Shown: in pieces, positions 16,310-20,000 of the stretch
Position numbering within the stretch: the first letter of the stretch is position 1
Layout: every line of letters begins with the position of its first letter
From: an uncultured virus (IMG/VR IMGVR_UViG_3300030102_007128)
Lineage: Duplodnaviria; Heunggongvirae; Uroviricota; Caudoviricetes
DNA length: 20,000 nt
Virus record (IMG/VR): IMGVR_UViG_3300030102_007128
Reading direction: 5' to 3' (one strand)
Made by a program: the position numbers and the translations under genes
Notes under the pieces: model-generated
What the model was told of the DNA's origin: nothing
Database searches by the model: none
Seen by the model: only the letters and a program-made list of their open reading frames with translations

Positions 16310-16474
16310 ATGGAATTAAACTTAACAGATGAACAATGTCTTTATTTGATTAAACTCATTGAAGAAAAACTTAAAGAAAAACTTGAAGTTTCTTCAAGTG
16401 AAGAAAGCAAAATGATACACAATTTGTATTCTAAATTAGTTGTTCAGGCAGGAAGAGATAATTTAATAAAATAA
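16310..16474 (+). CDS. hypothetical protein (54 aa), not in ORF track
   Basis: MELNLTDEQCLYLIKLIEEKLKEKLEVSSSEESKMIHNLYSKLVVQAGRDNLIK*. Confidence 0.7.
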   Translation: MELNLTDEQCLYLIKLIEEKLKEKLEVSSSEESKMIHNLYSKLVVQAGRDNLIK

Positions 16475-16479
16475 TTAAT

Positions 16480-16745
16480 ATGATAAGTAAAGACAAATAT
16501 AACAACACTATCGAGTTTAGTATAAACACTTTAGATGAAGTTATTAAAGCCAAAAAGAAAGGTGTTGAAATAATNNNNNNNNNNCTAAAAAGTATGTTGA
16601 GCATTATTCAGAAAAAACCAGAGATTTGATAGGCACTTCAGAATTACAATTACTTATTTTAGAAAAAAGAAAAAAAGTAGGAGACAATAAGTTTACTAAA
16701 AGAGATTGGAATAAATTAATAAAATCTTTTCAGAAAAATGCCTGA
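16480..16745 (+). CDS. hypothetical protein(s) interrupted by a scaffold gap
   Basis: MISKDKYNNTIEF...GVEI before the gap (16575-16584); KKYVEHYSEK...SFQKNA* after it. May be one gene or parts of two. Confidence 0.55.
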
Positions 16746-17037
16746 ATGGATTAAAGATATGGATGATGATTTTTGTTTTTCTTGTAATGAGAAAAAAGAA
16801 GTCAATTTTGAAGGACAATGTAAATACTGCTATGATAATGGTGTAGTTCAATGTATGAGTTGTTCTAATTGTAGTAATTGGCAAGATTATTATGATATGG
16901 AAGACGGAGATTATCAATGTGAAGAATGTTATCAGCCTACTTGTATGTATTGTAATGAAGAAGTGTATGAAGTAGGGGATTTTTGTTCAGATGATTGTGT
17001 AAAAGGTTATCAATGGGATAATTATAGAGAAAAATGA
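16738..17037 (+). CDS. Cys-rich multi-CxxC zinc-finger-like protein
   Basis: CFSC, CKYC, CMSCSNC, CEEC, CMYC and FCSDDC motifs; acidic. Confidence 0.75.
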   Translation: MPEWIKDMDDDFCFSCNEKKEVNFEGQCKYCYDNGVVQCMSCSNCSNWQDYYDMEDGDYQCEECYQPTCMYCNEEVYEVGDFCSDDCVKGYQWDNYREK

Positions 17038-17858
17038 AAGAAAAAGAATTAAGAATAAGTCAATCTTTATTAAAGGCATTAACTAAATATGCCGACAAAA
17101 AAGAGTGCGGTTTGAAAATAGAGGCTCAATATATTGACAGAATTTCTGATATACCAACACAAGCACAAGCCATAGGTAATTGGTTTGAATACGAATGCAC
17201 AGGAGCCTTACCCCCATATAATCCTGTCATTCCAGAGCCAAAAGTTCTTAAAACAGGAAAACTCGCAGCCGCATATGAAAGAATGTTAAGTCAAATAGAA
17301 AATTTCAAATCTGCTATGAAACACTATAAAGTGAAGATAGTAAAGGCAGGTTATGATATGAAGTTTAACAATATAACAGGAACGGCAGATTTATTAGCCG
17401 AAATGGATGGTAAAAAATGTATTATTGATATAAAGACAACAGCATTATTTGATGATAAATGGAATGAGTATGGATGGAGCACAGAACACTTGACAGGTGG
17501 ATTTAGACCTAAATTAACACTTTTAGTTCAGGCGGTTCATTATGTTTGGCTATATCATAAAATGCACGGAGAATGGTTAGATTTTTACTTTTGGGTATTT
17601 TCAACTCAAAACACTCACGACTTCAAAATAATTAAAGTAAATATCGACCCCGAATTATTTGATGAACACGCTCAAGATATAAAAACAGGATTAAATTTTT
17701 TAATGTATAGTGTTGAAAATGGATTTAAGGCTTACCCTGGCATATCAAGATGTGCTAAATGTTTTCTTAAAGATAATTGTAAATCAAAAATGGAAGTGCC
17801 TGTTATAAGTGTAGTAGATTATTCTTTAGCAGATAAACAACAAGGAGAACCAATATAA
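17034..17858 (+). CDS. PD-(D/E)xK nuclease, Cas4/RecB/AddB-like with probable 4Fe-4S ligands
   Basis: GTADLL...IIDIKT catalytic motifs, QAVHY (QxxxY), one N-terminal Cys plus C-terminal CAKC-x5-C. Confidence 0.85.
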   Translation: MKEKELRISQSLLKALTKYADKKECGLKIEAQYIDRISDIPTQAQAIGNWFEYECTGALPPYNPVIPEPKVLKTGKLAAAYERMLSQIENFKSAMKHYKVKIVKAGYDMKFNNITGTADLLAEMDGKKCIIDIKTTALFDDKWNEYGWSTEHLTGGFRPKLTLLVQAVHYVWLYHKMHGEWLDFYFWVFSTQNTHDFKIIKVNIDPELFDEHAQDIKTGLNFLMYSVENGFKAYPGISRCAKCFLKDNCKSKMEVPVISVVDYSLADKQQGEPI

Positions 17859-18163
17859 TGAACAAAATATTATTAGTCATATTATTTTTCTTAATAGGTC
17901 ATATTTTAATATGGATTCAAACTAATGGGCAGTTTTTATGGAAATTTTTTGAAAAAAACCCTATTCTTTTATCTTTTACTTTTGGTGGAGTTATTTCTTA
18001 TTTTTTCATAATGGCTACTAAATATTCTTATCAATCATTTGATGAGTTAGTATCTTATGCAATTCTTACATACATATTACTTAATGAAGGAGTTACCACT
18101 AAAACCCTAATCTGTTTAGTGTTGTCTTTACTAATTTTAACTATACAATTATTATGGAAGTAA
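17858..18163 (+). CDS. small multi-TM membrane protein (SMR/DMT-like)
   Basis: 101 aa, 3-4 hydrophobic helices; WxQxNGQF and LxEGxTxKTL motifs. Confidence 0.6.
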   Translation: MNKILLVILFFLIGHILIWIQTNGQFLWKFFEKNPILLSFTFGGVISYFFIMATKYSYQSFDELVSYAILTYILLNEGVTTKTLICLVLSLLILTIQLLWK

Positions 18164-18939
18164 AAAACGCAGAACATTATTTAGAATTAGTTAAAGATTG
18201 GAAAGACCCTTATCCTATGCCTGAAATAAGACACTTTGGCGACATTATAGTTGTAAGAGATGATTTATTAGAAGCAGGTTCTAAAACAAGATTTTTAGAT
18301 TTATTAATACAATCGACAGATGTTGATGAGTGGGTTTTTGGAGGAGCGAACAAAATAGGTTGGGGTCCAACATCTTTAGCGTATTTATGTAAAAAATATG
18401 GTAAAAAATGCACTACTTTTTGGGCAAAAAGAAACAAGCCGACACTACAACAACAAATGTATTTAGATTATGGCGGAAAAATAGAATGGGTAAATATGGG
18501 TATGTTAACCGTTACCAAGGCAAGAGCCAGAAAGTATTATGAAGAAGATACGAAAAGAAGAAAACTTCTGCCTTTAGGTTTGGAAGATGATTTAGTTAAG
18601 GGTTGTGCCATAAAAGTTATGAGAGAAATGGCTGATTATCATAACATAAAACCAGAAAGTTTGTGGTCAGTAGGCTCAAGTGGAACACTAAATCGTAGTT
18701 TACAAATGGCCTTTCCTGAAGCAGATGCTAATGTTATTCAAGTAGGACACAAAATGACAGAATATGAAATAGGCAGAGCCAAACTTTATATTGCTGACTA
18801 TAAGTTTGACAAAGCCGTCAAAGAAGATGAAAAACCCCCTTTCCCTTCTGCTCCTGAATACGATGCTAAAGGATGGAAAATAATGAAAGAAAATAGAGAT
18901 AAATCAAAGTGTAATTTATTTTGGAATGTAGCGAAATGA
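18154..18939 (+). CDS. fold-type II PLP-dependent enzyme (TrpB/D-cysteine desulfhydrase/ACC deaminase-like)
   Basis: VRDDLLEAGSKTR (Schiff-base Lys motif), SVGSSGT phosphate loop, PEYDAK and LFWNV. Confidence 0.85.
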   Translation: MEVKNAEHYLELVKDWKDPYPMPEIRHFGDIIVVRDDLLEAGSKTRFLDLLIQSTDVDEWVFGGANKIGWGPTSLAYLCKKYGKKCTTFWAKRNKPTLQQQMYLDYGGKIEWVNMGMLTVTKARARKYYEEDTKRRKLLPLGLEDDLVKGCAIKVMREMADYHNIKPESLWSVGSSGTLNRSLQMAFPEADANVIQVGHKMTEYEIGRAKLYIADYKFDKAVKEDEKPPFPSAPEYDAKGWKIMKENRDKSKCNLFWNVAK

Positions 18940-19481
18940 ATACTGAAAATACTAAATATAAAGAAAAAATAACTGAATTAAATACATTATTAACATTTGT
19001 TGAAAATAATATATTAGATGAATTATTACAAAAAAGATATATCAAAGTTTTAAGATTTCAAAAGGCATTGATAAGAGATATAGATAGAAAGGGAAGAAAA
19101 ATACCTGAAAATATACCTTTTGTTTGTGAGATTACTGGTGTTGAGGTTAATACCATACGAGAAAAAGAGCCTCCTTTCAAATTAAAAAGAAACATCAAGT
19201 TGGGTAATGATAATGATGTTAATGAATTGATGTTGAATGAGTTGTTGAATGATAGTATATCACATAACTCATATGAGCATTTACTAAACAACTACTCACT
19301 AAAAGGGGTTAAAAAACTTTTAGGTAGAAAATTAGAGTTTGATGATTTAAGTAGTGTTCAAGAAAATATAATTGTTATTATGGAGTTGTTAAAACATAAA
19401 TCATATTATAAAAAATACACTAATATAAAATCATTTGAAAAACAATTACAACAAATCATAAAAGTAGTAGAAGAAATGTAA
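18936..19481 (+). CDS. hypothetical protein
   Basis: Likely ATG at 18936 (ATGA overlap with the PLP gene stop); helical, L/N/K-rich. Confidence 0.7.
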   Translation: MNTENTKYKEKITELNTLLTFVENNILDELLQKRYIKVLRFQKALIRDIDRKGRKIPENIPFVCEITGVEVNTIREKEPPFKLKRNIKLGNDNDVNELMLNELLNDSISHNSYEHLLNNYSLKGVKKLLGRKLEFDDLSSVQENIIVIMELLKHKSYYKKYTNIKSFEKQLQQIIKVVEEM

Positions 19482-19488
19482 AATCTTT

Positions 19489-19498
19489 TATATTTGCA
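19489..19498 (+). promoter_or_regulatory. Bacteroidota sigma70 -7 box
   Basis: TATATTTGCA directly after the stop at 19481. Confidence 0.6.
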
Positions 19499-19817
19499 AC
19501 AGAAATAAATAAATTGATAATACTAAACATATACTTACTAATAGGCTTTATAGAATACTTTAGATATTCTAAAGAGTTTAGAAAAAAATTACGAGAAGAT
19601 TATCCTTTTCATNNNNNNNNNNNNNNNNNNNNNNNNCTCCATTATTAATTTTTAAGATATTGTCTTACATAAAAGATTTTCTTTATAAAATATATAAAAA
19701 GTTTACTTTTCCTTTTAGATTGTTGATATTTAGAAATAAACTAAAGAAAATGAGTAAAGAAAAAGATAACAAAAAAGCAGTAGAAATGCTCTTTGATGCT
19801 ATGCGAGATGTATTAAA

Positions 19818-20000
19818 ATGAGAAGAACTCCAATACGAAAAAAAAGTAAAAAACAATCTGCAATAGATAGAGAGTTGAGAAAAGTTTATCAAGAGATGTC
19901 TGAAACACGAAGACATTGTTGTACCGGTTGTGGCACAAATCAACAACTTTCTCATAGTCATCTTATTCCAAGGTCAAGAAGAAGAGATTTAATTACCGAT
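19818..20000 (+). CDS. HNH/NinG-like Zn-binding endonuclease (5' part, runs off window)
   Basis: MRRTPIRKKSKKQSAIDRELRKVYQEMSETRRHCCTGCGTNQQLSHSHLIPRSRRRDLITD: basic N-terminus, CxxC, then SHSHLIPRS. Confidence 0.7.
   Translation, partial: MRRTPIRKKSKKQSAIDRELRKVYQEMSETRRHCCTGCGTNQQLSHSHLIPRSRRRDLITD

Noticed and set aside
19499..19821. Possible ncRNA/tRNA in the AT-rich gap region and a 23-aa ORF at 19750-19821
   Set aside because: No cloverleaf or stable stem is visible and the region is broken by Ns. The short ORF overlaps the HNH-like start (ATGA) but is too short to support.
786..19961. All minus-strand ORFs in the track (786-977, 4864-5175, 6548-6739, 6933-7274, 7446-7748, 7951-8235, 8007-8189, 9214-9498, 12093-12305, 14335-14556, 15633-15885, 16696-16917, 18210-18437, 19058-19291, 19683-19961)
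   Set aside because: They lie antisense to well-supported, tightly packed + strand genes and have the F/L/I/S-rich composition of shadow ORFs.
1..20000. Stop-codon reassignment
   Set aside because: TAG and TGA end genes at tight junctions (e.g. 2085, 8524, 9690, 17037, 18939) and code 11 gives near-complete coding density.
1..20000. Eukaryotic giant-virus origin
   Set aside because: Single-strand operon-like packing with overlapping stops and starts, Bacteroidota promoter boxes and a putative peptidoglycan hydrolase favour a bacterial host.

Overview
AT-rich, gene-dense fragment with every credible gene on the + strand and four scaffold gaps. It reads as part of a large virus of a Bacteroidota host: TAnnTTTG promoter boxes, A-rich leaders without Shine-Dalgarno sequences, a SusC-type CarbopepD_reg domain and GCTD repeats. 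Positions 1-13582 look like a late/structural-lysis region. It holds an Fe/Mn superoxide dismutase, a holin-like and a spanin-like gene, a repeat-containing spike-like protein, a run of 11 consecutive small membrane-anchored (often Cys-rich) proteins, a DUF5754-like basic protein, a DUF2272-type putative cell-wall hydrolase and a beta-rich, possibly jelly-roll protein. After a promoter region (~13583-13767) comes an early/middle block with an SSB-tail protein, an AT-hook protein, a Zn-finger protein, a Cas4/RecB-like nuclease, a fold-type-II PLP enzyme and a partial HNH-like gene. The standout is a ~965-aa protein made of unrelated small modules separated by ten copies of [FY]-x-[KH]-G-G-x-[IVT], ending in a membrane anchor that the ORF track missed because of a gap. 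It is a candidate protease-processed, membrane-tethered effector polyprotein. Family names are from motif recognition or recall, not database searches.
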